64,000 bases of DNA from Polymyxa betae A26-41. Its lineage: Eukaryota > Protista > Endomyxa: Phytomyxea. The position numbers were made by a program, and so were the translations under genes. The first letter of the stretch is position 1, and each line of letters opens with the position of its first letter. Positions 40,971-53,188 of the stretch are shown one piece after another. The notes under the pieces were generated by a model. That model did not search any database. It was not told where the DNA came from and saw only the letters and a program-made list of their open reading frames with translations. Location: assembly GCA_003693705.1 (NCBI GenBank), contig RBZT01000198.1, forward strand, positions 71,925 to 135,924, written 5' to 3'.

Positions 40971-41522
40971 TCATTTTGAGGAAGACGCATTGGCTGGCGG
41001 CTGTTCACTGGTAGTAGCATTAGTAGCATTACCACTAGTAGAGGCAGCAGCACTAGTCTGGTTTGTAGCATTTGATGTTGTAGCATTTGATGGAATCAGC
41101 AAAGAGTTAATCTCATGAATCACTCCATTATCTGTCATAATATCAGGCTTGGTAATCTGAGTCTGATTGTTGATTGTTAATGTGCCATTAGCTGATTTAG
41201 AGATGTTCAGTGGTGATCCTCCCAATGTCTTCCAACTTCCAGTCATGTTCTGTGTCGTCAGATTACCTTCGACAACGTGGTTCTTGATAATGCTTGTGAG
41301 CTGCTGCTTCTCTGTTGGAACAGTGGCATTTTGGAAGGCTTGGTTATTGGGAACGAAGATTGTGAAGGGACCTTTGCCTTGCACAGTTTCATTTAATCCA
41401 GACGCATTCAGCATCTGGCTCATTCTTGTAAATCCCGCCGAGCTAAGCTGTTCCGAGACGGAAACAGACATGCATAATGATGCAGTGCATGATACTAAGA
41501 TCACAGTTACAAATGTGTTCAT
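40971..41522 (-). CDS. Secreted fasciclin (FAS1) domain protein
   Basis: Signal peptide, GPFTIFVPNNQAF (H1), DIMTDNGVIHEINSLL (H2), S/T/N-rich tail with many N-glycosylation sequons. Intronless. Confidence 0.92.
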   Translation of the reverse strand: MNTFVTVILVSCTASLCMSVSVSEQLSSAGFTRMSQMLNASGLNETVQGKGPFTIFVPNNQAFQNATVPTEKQQLTSIIKNHVVEGNLTTQNMTGSWKTLGGSPLNISKSANGTLTINNQTQITKPDIMTDNGVIHEINSLLIPSNATTSNATNQTSAAASTSGNATNATTSEQPPANASSSK

Positions 41523-42148
41523 GTTTAATGAATCTGGCCAGATTCGGAATGAACTCTCAAGACACGTTTAAAGCCCGATATCTGCATGAATCGGAGGGAT
41601 CGGTCAATACTTTTTCGCTACCGATCACATTCTGTTCCGATGGCACGGTCTGAAGGGAATTCGTATTGCCACCACTTTTCTTGTACGAATATTCCTGATT
41701 GTTGGACATTATCACAGCCAAAATGATGGAAAATAGCTTTCTAGAATTGCAGAACCTGAATCTTTGGCAATGGTCATGCTCAAAAGCAGGAATTGCTGGG
41801 TGGTAATATCAGTGGAAGGTACCAAGGTATCAATCACAACATCTGTAATATGAAGGCCATGCGAATGCAATGCTTTCCACTACCTATACCTATATGTCTC
41901 AAATCTCTAAACTTGCTATCAATTGGTTGTATTCCATAACAAAAAACGAGAAAGCCTTGATCATCTCCACAATGTTATCAGAAGAATTTCACAACTTTAT
42001 AGGTAATACATCGAATAATGACTCTATACTCGTCTTTTGGCTGATGATCACACTGGCTGTGAAAATGTTGCCAAATTTTGCACCTATTTCAGTTTGATAT
42101 TAAGCTTATATCCATATATTGATATATTTCTGAGACGCAGATCAGATA

Positions 42149-42166
42149 GTCCGTGACGGAGTCCGT
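42149..42166 (+). promoter_or_regulatory. Candidate promoter element GTCCGTG-ACGGAGTCCGT upstream of RPL3
   Basis: Palindromic ACGGA-N-TCCGT at 42156-42166 plus an extra half-site. Shared with eIF5B at a similar distance. Confidence 0.55.
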
Positions 42167-42231
42167 CCAGGTTGTCCTTGGTGTTCCCTCTTCATTGTCA
42201 GATCTGGGGTTCGTCATCCTCGTCATCCATC

Positions 42232-43472
42232 ATGTCTCACCGTAAGTTTGAAGCTCCCCGACATGGTTCTTTGGGTTTCCTTCCTCGAAAGCGCTCCCGT
42301 ACTATCCGGGGTCGTGTCCGTTCTTTCCCCAAGGACAACTCTACGGATCCTGTCCATCTGACCGCCTTCATGGCCTACAAGGCTGGTATGACCCATGTCC
42401 TTCGTGATGTCATTCGTCCTGGATCGAAATTGCACAAGAAGGAAGCTGTTGAAGCCGTCACCATCTTGGAAGCTCCTCCTATGGTTGTTGTTGGTATGGT
42501 CGGCTATGTCGCCACACCTCGTGGTCTTCGTACTCTTACCACCGTCTGGTCTCAACACATTAGTGCCGATGTGAAGCGCCGTTTCTACAAGAACTTCTAC
42601 CGCTCCAAGAAGAAGGCCTTCACCAAGTATGCCGCTCGTGTCTCTGCTCCTGGTAACAGTGAAATCGAGGAACAGTTCGAGCGTATCAAGAAGCACTGCT
42701 CGGTTGTTCGTCTTCTGGTTCATACCCAGATCCGGAAATGCATGCTTCGTCAGAAGAAGGCTCATATGATGGAGATTCAAATCAATGGTGGCAATGTTGC
42801 CGACAAGGTTGCCTTTGGCAAGGACGTAAGTAGCAATAATAACCTTACATTGCATGAAGTTGATCTAATTTGTGATAGTTGTTTGAGAAGGAAGTCCCTG
42901 TCCGATCTGTATTCACTGAAGGTGAATCTGTTGATGTGCTCGGTGTCTCAAAGGGTTGCGGTGTTAAGGGTGTCATCTCTCGATGGGGTGTCACCCGTCT
43001 GCCTCGTAAGACTCACCGAGGTCTTCGTAAGGTCGCTTGTATTGGTGCCTGGCACCCTGCCCGAGTCTCCTTCTCTGTTGCTCGTGCTGGTCAGAAGGGC
43101 TACCATCACCGAACTGAGGCCAACAAGAAGATTTACAAGCTGGGTCTCAGTGTCAAGGCTGAAGAGTCTGCTAAGGGCAATGCTTCTACTGAAGCTGATC
43201 CAACTGTTAAGCACATCACACCGATGGGTGGCTTCCCTCACTATGGTGAAGTCAATGAAGATTACGTCATGATCAAGGGTGGTGTTATTGGATCTAAGAA
43301 GCGTGTTATCACTCTGCGTAAGGCCATGCACAAGCCCACTTCTCGTCGTGAAGCTGAAGAGCCTAACATCAAATTCATTGATACCTCCAGCAAGTTCGGA
43401 CACGGTCGCTTCCAGACGCAAGCTGAGAAGTCTGATTTTATGGGTCCTATGAAGTCTCGCGATGAAGAATAA
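42232..43472 (+). CDS. RPL3: 60S ribosomal protein L3 (uL3)
   Basis: [52 protein letters not shown]. One intron 42826-42878. Confidence 0.98.
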
Positions 43473-43732
43473 ATCTATTTACTTATATTCAGACTCGCAA
43501 AATATGTTTTTACTCACATTATTTATCTGTTAAATATTCATTTGTGTAGCTATCACTGGAATAGCCTGTCCCTTAATAGTTTCAAAGTTTACACGATTTG
43601 ATTTTGCATACCCCTATTAGTAATAGGAAACCACCATGATTATGCAGAAACGAAGCTACTCACAGTGTACATACAATGAAAATGATGATTTATGGGATAG
43701 ATGGATAATGCAAAAAAATCAAATATACGATC

Positions 43733-45612
43733 TCATAGCTTACTTTGAGCAGTCATGCTCAAAGTCGGATCATAGGACATGGCTTCAGCAACAGTATCGT
43801 GAAGACTGACTGGTTTAGGTACCGTTGCCAGGCCACTAAATCACTTGTAAGCAAAAAGGAAGCAAATCCCAACAAATTCCAACCTAGCAAACGCTTTTTC
43901 AGCAACAGCCACAGCAATGAGAGCAGTAATTGAACGAATCATATTCAGTGCCGGGTATAAACTGCCTTGAGCTCGATCTTCATCGGTAACCATACTGGCT
44001 AAAGCTTTAGAAGCAGCCAACAACATCTCATCGCTGATTTCAGATGCACCAGAAACAAGAGCACCAAGACCAATTCCAGGAAAGACATAGACATTGTTAG
44101 CTTGGCGAGGATGAAAGACTTTTGAATTGTACTCGACCGAATCGAAAGGACTGCCTGAAGCAAACAACACACGACCATTGGTTTGTTCAAACGCATCAGA
44201 CGCCGAGCATTCAGATTTCGATGTCGGATTGCTTAAAGCAAACACAACTGGGTGTTCATTGATAGAGGCGAGCTTCTGTAAGATTGCTGAACTGAATGCA
44301 CCGCCCTATGTTTAGTTTAGTAACAGCAGACGAAGCAAACAAGCGAACCTGAGAAGAAACTCCGATTAGAATTGATGGTTTGATAACATCGATGATATCA
44401 GTAAGAGAATCGATAGGTTCATGGTCATGAGCAAATGGAAGTTTAAAATCAGCCAAACCTCCTTTAGGGCGATTGGAGACAATAAGGCCACGAGAATCAA
44501 CAGCCCAGATTCGCTTTCGAGCATCTTCATATTTAATCTCTCCTAGATGACATCATTCACCCAAATGTAAAGCTACCAATGGCTTGCGAAGATAACCTGA
44601 TTCGGCCATTGCTTGAGCAATTATTTCTGCAATACCAATGCCTGAAGAGCCTGCACCAAAGAATACGATTGTTTGTTCATGTAATTTGTGCTTAAGCATT
44701 GGAAGCGCAGAAAGAATACCAGCTAACGTCATAGCAGCCGTGCCTTGAACATCATCATTAAAAGTCATATATTTATGACGATACAGTTTCAGCAAACGCA
44801 AAGCATCTTCGGTTGCAAAATCTTCAAACTGCAGCAGAGTCCTACGACCAAATCGATTTACAATAGAGGACAAGAATTCGCCAACAAATTCGTCATATTG
44901 GTTCTGGTTTGTTTCAGAGCGACGCTGACGAAGACCGATATAGTTCTTGCTTTGAAGAAGTTCCTGATTATTTGTTCCAAGATCCAATACTACCGGTAGA
45001 ACACGAGAAGGATTGATACCAGCAAATGCTACGTATAAAGCAAGCTTTCCGATTGGGATTCCCTAAATAATATTCAGTAAATGACATTGTATGAGTGTAG
45101 ACCGAATACCATTCCATTAGCAGCAAGATCTCCAAGACCTAGAATCCTTCCCCCATCTGTAAATACAACAGCATCGACCTGGCTATTAGGCCAATCATCA
45201 ACTAATTGTTGAACGTGGCCAGCAGCTGTAATAGGTACGTAAAGACCTTGAGGATGAAAATAAATCTCAGACCAGCGTTGACATGCTAATCCAACTGTTG
45301 GTGTATATACAATAGGCATAACATCATCTGTATGCTCAATCAAAAGCATATAGAATGTATCAGGGTTAATTATCTGGGCCACAAGTTTAACGATTAGAAT
45401 ATGTACCGAGATATGCCTACATGTAGCTGTTGTAGGAAAACGAATTTATGTAATTGATCAGGGATTGAATCCAGATAACTCTTGACAGTAGCTAAATGCA
45501 GAGCTGGTGGTTGGACAGAAGGCGGCAGCAATGACTGCAAATGACGTTGCTGTCGCTGATGATGGGAAAGACATATAGCTGGTAGACCAGACAGCGGTAG
45601 ACTCGGAGCCAT
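43733..45612 (-). CDS. Malic enzyme (NAD(P)-dependent) with C-terminal SKL
   Basis: PIVYTPTVGLACQ, VFTDGGRILGLGDL, QFEDF, FNDDVQGTA, GAGSSGIG, FALSNPTSKSEC, QANNVYVFPG. Last exon GLATVPKPVSLHDTVAEAMSYDPTLSMTAQSKL*. Confidence 0.95.
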
Positions 45613-46265
45613 GTTTAAACAAATATAGTTCCGAATGAAATGAATGATGTATTGCTAATGAAATTGATGGTACACAAGGTAAAGGCTGCTCTCTCTTGCG
45701 AATGTCATTGTCAATGTATGAAGATTGCGCTGATATTCAGCACACTTGATAGTCTCTATCAAACAACTCAGTGATCCTTCTCCACATCAATAACCTTCTT
45801 CTCTGCTTTAATTGTCATCATGTACAAGCTCAACTATATCACGTGATATTGATGCAAGACAGCGTTTCATGAGTATTATCGGATAATAATCTAGAAGAAG
45901 AATCGGATTCGCGAAGAAATAAAGGCGAAAGGATCAAGAATGACAACGAGAAAAGTCAGGAGATGTCGAAGTGCAACAATGCAATACAATATACTGTAGG
46001 TTAGATATTTGATTGCATACATATCTTGTACTATCTTGTACTGTATTGTTACATACCTATATTATATATAAAAAAGGTTTGAAATATGGGGGGAACAGGT
46101 CAGTCCAAGACCCCCCTATCAAATCTCCTACAAATATTGCGCTATTTCTAGAAATTCACTTCTCTTTGAGGAGGTGCCATCTAGAGACAGGGCGTTGTCC
46201 TGGCTCCAACTGCCTAGTTCATCAATCATTCCTGTCTGCATTCCTTCCACAATACATTAGAGAAC

Positions 46266-47183
46266 ATGGATCCAAACCATGTTGAGGAACCTATTGACAG
46301 GTCCAAACATCCATCTGGCATTGTCCCTGTCCTTCAGTACGATCGAATTTCTTGCTTTTTAGCTCATATCCTGCTGTATCGTTTAAGCTTTTGATCCAGA
46401 TTTAGTTTCATAATTTAAGTTTTGTGATGGTCGTTTCATATGGGGTAAATTATCGTTTAGAAATATTGTGTCGACAGTCGATTTAAGCTGCAAGCTTGAT
46501 CTGAAAATGATAGCATTAAAATCAAGAAATGCTGAATATAATCCAAAGGTAAAATTCAATCTTTCTAGTTTCTCTTGTGACAAGTTTAATGATATAAGCG
46601 TAGCGATTTGCTGCTGTTATTATGCGATTGAGAGAACCCAAATCTACCGCTTTGATTTTTGCAAGTGGAAAGATGGTTTGTACTGGAGCTCGGACGGAAG
46701 ATCTTTCCAAGAAAGCTGCCAAGAAATTCGCTCGCGTCCTCAGAAAGATTGGATTCGAAACCAAATTCCGTGATTTTACTGTGCAGAACATTGTTGGATC
46801 GTGTGATGTAAAATTTCCTATCAGACTGGAGGTATACGAATCATTTCATGACAAGTTGGCACTTCTCGAAATCCAATTCTGTTAGGGTCTTGCGTATGAA
46901 CACGAAGATCATGCCAGTTATGAACCAGAGTTATTTCCTGGTCTCATCTATAGGATGATTGCTCCCAAGGTATTCCTCTTTCTAATCATGTTTTCAGTTA
47001 TTTCAATATGTTTGTAAATAGGTCGTTCTTCTGATCTTTGTGTCGGGGAAGGTGGTACTGACTGGTGCTAAGACAAGAGATCAAATCTATCAAGCCTTCG
47101 AATTAATCTATCCTGTTCTGCTAGCATTTAAGAAAGATTCATCGGAAATAATCCCACCTCCTTCGAAACGTGCAAGAAAGTAG
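46266..47183 (+). CDS. TBP: TATA-binding protein
   Basis: [65 protein letters not shown]. Four introns and a basic tail PPPSKRARK. Confidence 0.97.
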
Positions 47184-47657
47184 TTGGTATTCATTTAGAT
47201 ATATTGTTTATAATACACACAATTCCTAAATTATTACGTCCCTTGTAATTCAAAATGTTGTAATCTACAGTAGCACTAATCGACAGACCTCTATTCATTC
47301 CATACTTGGCCACTCCATTTAGATAATTCACAGAAGTGGCCTGTTTAAACAATCCTATTCTCTGTCTATCCGTGCTTGCTTGCAATGGAGAGATTTTTCA
47401 GCATGCTCATTCCTGAACCCTATCAATGGTTCCGAATTGCCTAATACTTGAACGTGCGAACATAGAGCGGTTTAAGCTGGTTTCTTGCCAATCAATGTAG
47501 GTACTGTGATAGGCTGAATATGCATGCGATCTCCAGATGGAATAGACACATCTTCGTTATTCAACCTCAGATACGTTTTGTGACAATCAGTATCGATGGC
47601 GTTCACAGAATATTGTCCTGCTATCTACGATTACCAGTTCAGTAGTTGAAATTGGGT

Positions 47658-48542
47658 TTATTTAGAAAACGGTTTAGTGGTGACAGCACCCTTACCAGAA
47701 TCTTCAACAAAAACACCAGCATATATTAATGATTCATGTATACGAGACTCTTGAATTCCATCAAAGACCACACTGTTTGTTAGACCAATTGGCAACTTCA
47801 CCATTCCCACGTGAAACTCTCCTGGAACTTTCACAGCATTTGCTGTAGTTGGGACAACAAGCTTCAAATTTTGGTTGCCTTGTGAATAATAAGCAGTTAA
47901 TGTTGCCTTATTCCAATCAATAGTAATTGCGAAGTTATGGAACATGTAAGGCTTGAACTCGGTCTGAAATAGAACCTTCGTCTTATCCCAACCAGCAGTA
48001 CTACTACTCATTAATCGTAATGTATCAGCAGTATATTTGTCAACAGCTGGAGGATTAGCCGTATTCTGATAAGCAGTCCCGTATTTAATCTCGAATACAT
48101 GGGTGCCATCATTCGGTTCAATAAATACCAACTGATATTCATGTGCCAGATTCAACGGATTCTTTGGGTCTTTCATCAACGAGAAATGAAAAGTCGTCAC
48201 TCCAGATGTTAAACCAGCTCCTGATTTCGGCAGCAGTTCGCTTCGACGAAATCCATTTTGAATAACAGCTGGATTAGGGACGAAGATGCTAGAGTCGGTC
48301 AGCGATAACTTCAATGCCTGGAACTCACTTCCATCAAATAATGATGATGGTAAAGTGTCTGTGTTGATGATATCATTCCAAGTTTGATTCTGTCCATGCA
48401 CAAACTTGGGATTATATGCTGTGACGCCATTATCGAAATCAGTAGGACGAGTTCCCTTTGGAATACGACCATCGAATAATATTGTTATAGCCTGGGCATA
48501 AGCTATAATGCATAAGATTAGAATTGGTTGCAGAGAATACAT
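47658..48542 (-). CDS. Secreted GH131 beta-glucanase (catalytic domain only)
   Basis: Signal peptide, ILFDGRIP, SIFVP..QNGFRRSELLP, FHFSL..PLNLAHEYQLVFIE, HNFAITIDW, EFHVGMVKLP, ESLIYAGVFVED. Intronless. Confidence 0.88.
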   Translation of the reverse strand: MYSLQPILILCIIAYAQAITILFDGRIPKGTRPTDFDNGVTAYNPKFVHGQNQTWNDIINTDTLPSSLFDGSEFQALKLSLTDSSIFVPNPAVIQNGFRRSELLPKSGAGLTSGVTTFHFSLMKDPKNPLNLAHEYQLVFIEPNDGTHVFEIKYGTAYQNTANPPAVDKYTADTLRLMSSSTAGWDKTKVLFQTEFKPYMFHNFAITIDWNKATLTAYYSQGNQNLKLVVPTTANAVKVPGEFHVGMVKLPIGLTNSVVFDGIQESRIHESLIYAGVFVEDSGKGAVTTKPFSK

Positions 48543-49039
48543 ATTGATTAGTCGGAATGAGATCGAACGAGAGTTAAACAGCAGAGACTAGAGCAACATG
48601 TAATCAGTCAACCACACTCTCTGTATTTGTTCAACTGGTCTATTAACACCATACTGTTGAATATAACCATATCAATATCTATACCAGTAGTAGTTAGTGC
48701 CTATACATAGTGGGTAGAGCAGGTAGGAGGAGCCTCTCTCACTCTCCTCACACTAACTATAGACCTTCTTCATTCAGATATTTATCTAGTATGTAAGGTC
48801 ATGTACTGCCAGGCATAGTTTATTCTAGTCACCTGCCATATTGGATGGAGAACACCTACCTAGATTGTGTTAATCGCATGATTACTTGATCTAAGATATA
48901 TGTAATGCAGACTGGTTCGTTTTCTATCAGCTCCAGTTTAATATACCACCTACTTACATAATCAAATCTATCATTTTGATATTAGATGTATTCTACCTAG
49001 TCTAAACACTAGCTCAGAATCAACTACAGTGAAATACGT

Positions 49040-52000
49040 TTATACGGGACTATTTAAGCATTTTTGAACAATGATTCGGTCGCTTGGAGCGAGCTGCTCA
49101 AAGCACCATTTGGCAGCTTCAGGTTGGGTGCTGGATAGGTCTCTAATGAAGTTGGGCACAAACAGAGATAAATCGGTGTTTGTAAGTGGATCTTCAGCAA
49201 ATATTATCTCATTAAACGACTTGTCGTCTTCTTCATAATCTTCCAGGAAATCTACAACGAGCTGATCCATTGTCGCTCTATCATTTTCGGAGTCCAGTGA
49301 GTCTGAAGATTCATCTGAGAGAGTATTAGAGGATATTAACTGACTAATAAGCAACGAAATAATCTTGGCAGGGAGTGAGATTTGTTTGTGAATAACGGCA
49401 GTAGCAGGACCTTGTGATCTTGTACGTCTTGGAGCATTCGTATCGATAATCTGATATCCAGGAACAATAACTGCATCGATCTCAGGTCTGCGAACACGAG
49501 CAATCTCACTTAATGCCAACATTGTAATACTCTTCAGAGAAGGTGAATGAGCATCCTCATAAAGTTCCACCCATTTTTTGAAAAATTGGTTTAATATGTC
49601 AGGCGACGCCCCATTCAATTCGCATAAGAGATGTAAAATGTTGGTAGCATGAAAGGCGTGGACCAATTTACTAATTGCCAATATACTGTCTCCAACCTAA
49701 TATATCATGTTAATATTAGGAAAGAGATACAACCAGATTATTACAGTAGCAAATGAAGAGCCAGAGGCAAGTATCCGATCTTGTAGAAGATGTAGCAAAG
49801 TACGAACATCTTGTTCTTGAAATCGAGCATGATGAGTGCTTATAATAGTATAGGTTAATTTACCAATAGAAACAACCATGGTCCTATTTTGCAGTAAAGA
49901 ATGAACTGCTGGCATGATAAAAGTAAGAGAGGCGGCCACTTGATCGGTAGCATTTCTGGTAATATTGGTTAAGCACGCGAGACATGATGTCACAATAGCA
50001 AGATCTTCAGTAGTTGAAAGAATCTGTACAATTAATGGTGCGACGAGATCATAGAGCTCATCAGGTAATAATGAAGATTCACATGGAGCTACTAATTTAG
50101 ATAGAAGATCAATGAGCCCTTCGTAAGCAGAATAATCGCATTGCTTCAAGATGTTGACCACAGGTGGGATTAAAGACTGCTGCAAAGGCTTGATCGTGTC
50201 GGAAGCGCAGAACACACCAAGTGTATTGGAAAGTCGTGACGTCACCAGTGCATCGTGAACATTGTGTGACCAAATCTCCATTAATGCATTGCTTACAACA
50301 TGTAAATGTGCTTGTCGTAACTGTAATCGTAAATAAGTGAGAATTCAATCAGATTACTAACGGGGTTATACCTGACTAATACCTAATAGAGTTCGAAGAC
50401 AATTCAAAAAAACGGAGATGTGATCTGGAGTGGTGGCAACTCGAATTGATTGACAGATGGTTTGTAGAATATACGAGAGTGTATCTCCAATAGAAATTAA
50501 TTGTTCAGTTGGTATCACTGAAATACAATCAGCTGCAGTTAATCTGACAGGTTCACTATCATCTGAGATATTGCTGACAATTGCACTAACAGCACCATTA
50601 AACATGAAATCTGCATATTGTCCAGATATCAAAATCTGCTTCATCACCCATAATGCACGAATGCGAATATGAGTATTCGAATTTCGAGAAAGATCAGCAA
50701 CAAGCGGGAGCATATCTTCAGGTATGGGCGATAATTGGCCCAAGATGATGAGGGCGGCTTCAACAATTTTCCAATTTGAAGGCTCTGATAGACATTTCCG
50801 ACAATATTGCTCAAGAATGCAATTCTGATTGCATTTGTCAAAGGTCAAAAAATTCTGCAGTCGAGAGACGAAATCGATACTGGAAGATCGAGCTGAATAT
50901 GATATCAAATAATCGACATCCTCTTCGAACATAGGATCCTCTCCAAACGGAACCTAAAACAGCAAGCCATTCAGAATAGTGTTGAGACCTACGAAAAATC
51001 ATTGTAACCTGAAGGGTGACGATTGCCAGGTGAACGATCTGATCAAGATGTTTTGATAAAAATGCAGAAGCGGAATCTGATATTGGCCATGCCATAACAG
51101 ACAGCAGATCAACTACAGATATGAATAAATGAGATAATGAGCTCCGTTCAACTCCCTCGAAGCTTTCATTCGAAGCATTTTCGTTGTCAGTCTGTCCATA
51201 AATATATTGATTCTGGTAGAGTGACAGCAATGACATGGCTAAATTCAAAATGCATTGAATGACATCTGGTAGAGCCTGTAATAGAGCTTCACGATTCTTA
51301 TTTGGCACAGATCGACTTAATGTAGCAACCAGATCGCAACCTTCGATGTACAATCCAAAGCCCAAATTACTAGCATCAATTGGACTGGAAAATAGCAACT
51401 GCAACATTTGGAACCAAGTAGGTACATAATGACTCAAGATGTCTCGTAGAGATTCTTCTGCATCTTCAGCACATGAAATGGAATCCACCAATCCTGTAAA
51501 TATACACACCGATTGATATCGTAATAAAGACGGATTCGAATTATCTCCAAATATTTGAGTCAAAATCGGATATAAATGTTTCGAAATCTCCAGCAGATGT
51601 TCTTGAGGTAGATCAGATACTAGAAGTGATATGCAATAGATTGATGCAGCAGCTAGAGAGGGTGTAAATGTGTATCTGATTATTAAATTATTACAAGCAT
51701 GATGGTAATAACGAACAAACCTGAGCAAAACAGGAAGAAGCTCAGTCCATTCATGTGTTTGTAGATCATATTCAGCAATAGAACCAATTAACAGACAGCA
51801 TTGTGTTAGAAGTGGTTTACAATCAACAAGTTCTGCAATCTGTTCTAGAACTGACTTTCTAATCTCCAACTTACATTCAGCAGAAATCTCATCAGAATCC
51901 CAATTCTGGCGAACCAATTGTTTCAGCAGAATATATGTCATCTGTCGATCGCCTGGCATCAATCAATTATCTGATTAGTTAATCGAGCAATCCCGGCATA

Positions 52001-52167
52001 CCCAGAGAAATAGATTTATCAGCAGAGGCTCGAATAAGCAACAGTGGATAATGGGGATTTTGTCTGAGCGAATGCAAGGCATTCTCACCATTGGCATGGT
52101 TGTGATGATCTTGCGATAGTCTGATAGCGGATACAAGATGTTGATATGGATCAGACATGAAAGTCAT
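49040..52167 (-). CDS. IPO9: Importin-9/Kap114-like karyopherin
   Basis: IBN_N-like start (DRQMTYILLKQLVRQNW), WKIVEAALIILG, HEAT repeats, RRTRSQ..ISLPAKIISLLISQL followed by an acidic loop and DPL. Confidence 0.8.
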
Positions 52168-52428
52168 GATCTACAATAATCAATAATACTGGGAATTTTT
52201 TTCAATATATATAGAGAAATACTGGAGAATTTCCAAATGAATCACATTGAGATTGATAAAAACTGCGTTATCATCACATACAGTATGACAAATGATCTAT
52301 ATTTAACAGATAAAAACGTTATATAATACATCATAAGCAGCAATTCGTTGCAAAAGTTTATAATGAATATCAAATAATGCTATAGTAATATACTGGAGGA
52401 TAAATACCAGTTTTCAGGGCAATGAAGT

Positions 52429-53103
52429 TTATGAAATAGTTTGTATAGCTCTGGATTTCAGAGTCATTGACATAAATGCCAGGATTTGTTGAGCAGCGGA
52501 TCTTGCATGTTGAATTAGTTGAAAATAGGCCTGCTGTGATATAATTCCATCTCCATAAGATGTAACTATATCACGTCGATCTCCTTCACATTGCCCAAAA
52601 GCCAATGCTAAGGTTGATGTAGATTCTTGTTCTTGATCATGTGTTGGATCAATACACACTCGACCTGATTGATCAGCAGCTAGTGTCACAGAACTTAGCA
52701 TTGTATGACAGGGTATACTGGCATCAATTAGAGCCATATAAGCAGCATTCAGAGCAGTAGATAGAAGAGATCCATCATCATCCAGAACTAGAACATTAAC
52801 CTGAATCTGTGAAGCCCTGGATAGTGAGCTGCAGATGACCGATCCAAGACTGTTACTAATGATAGATTCCATCTCGGATACATTTAGACGACTGCATGTA
52901 TTGCTCATATATTTGACCGAACAATTGATTACAGGACCAACAGATGACCCGATAGTATCATAATCTATAGGGCCCTGAACAGAGCATAAAACAATTGTAT
53001 TGCCATGACAGAATCGTGAACTTCCATCACAGTTGGATAGAACCGTTAGATCACACGTTAATGGACGTAGTGAGAGATCAGCTTGATTTCTTCGACCTGT
53101 CAT
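52429..53103 (-). CDS. RRP46: Exosome RNase PH-like subunit Rrp46
   Basis: LRPLTCDLTVLSNCDGSSRFCHGNTIVLCSVQGP, QVNVLVLDDDGSLLSTALNAAYMALIDASIP, IDPTHDQE. Confidence 0.88.
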   Translation of the reverse strand: MTGRRNQADLSLRPLTCDLTVLSNCDGSSRFCHGNTIVLCSVQGPIDYDTIGSSVGPVINCSVKYMSNTCSRLNVSEMESIISNSLGSVICSSLSRASQIQVNVLVLDDDGSLLSTALNAAYMALIDASIPCHTMLSSVTLAADQSGRVCIDPTHDQEQESTSTLALAFGQCEGDRRDIVTSYGDGIISQQAYFQLIQHARSAAQQILAFMSMTLKSRAIQTIS

Positions 53104-53188
53104 CTTTTCTAAAAATCAAATTCCATCTGAGACCTAAATTGCGCAGTTTTATGAATATTTTGGGATTTATACAAACACAAAAGTGATA

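Noticed and set aside
42223-43421. Long antisense ORFs (210 and 157 aa) opposite RPL3
   Set aside because: These are shadow ORFs caused by strong codon bias in a highly expressed gene.
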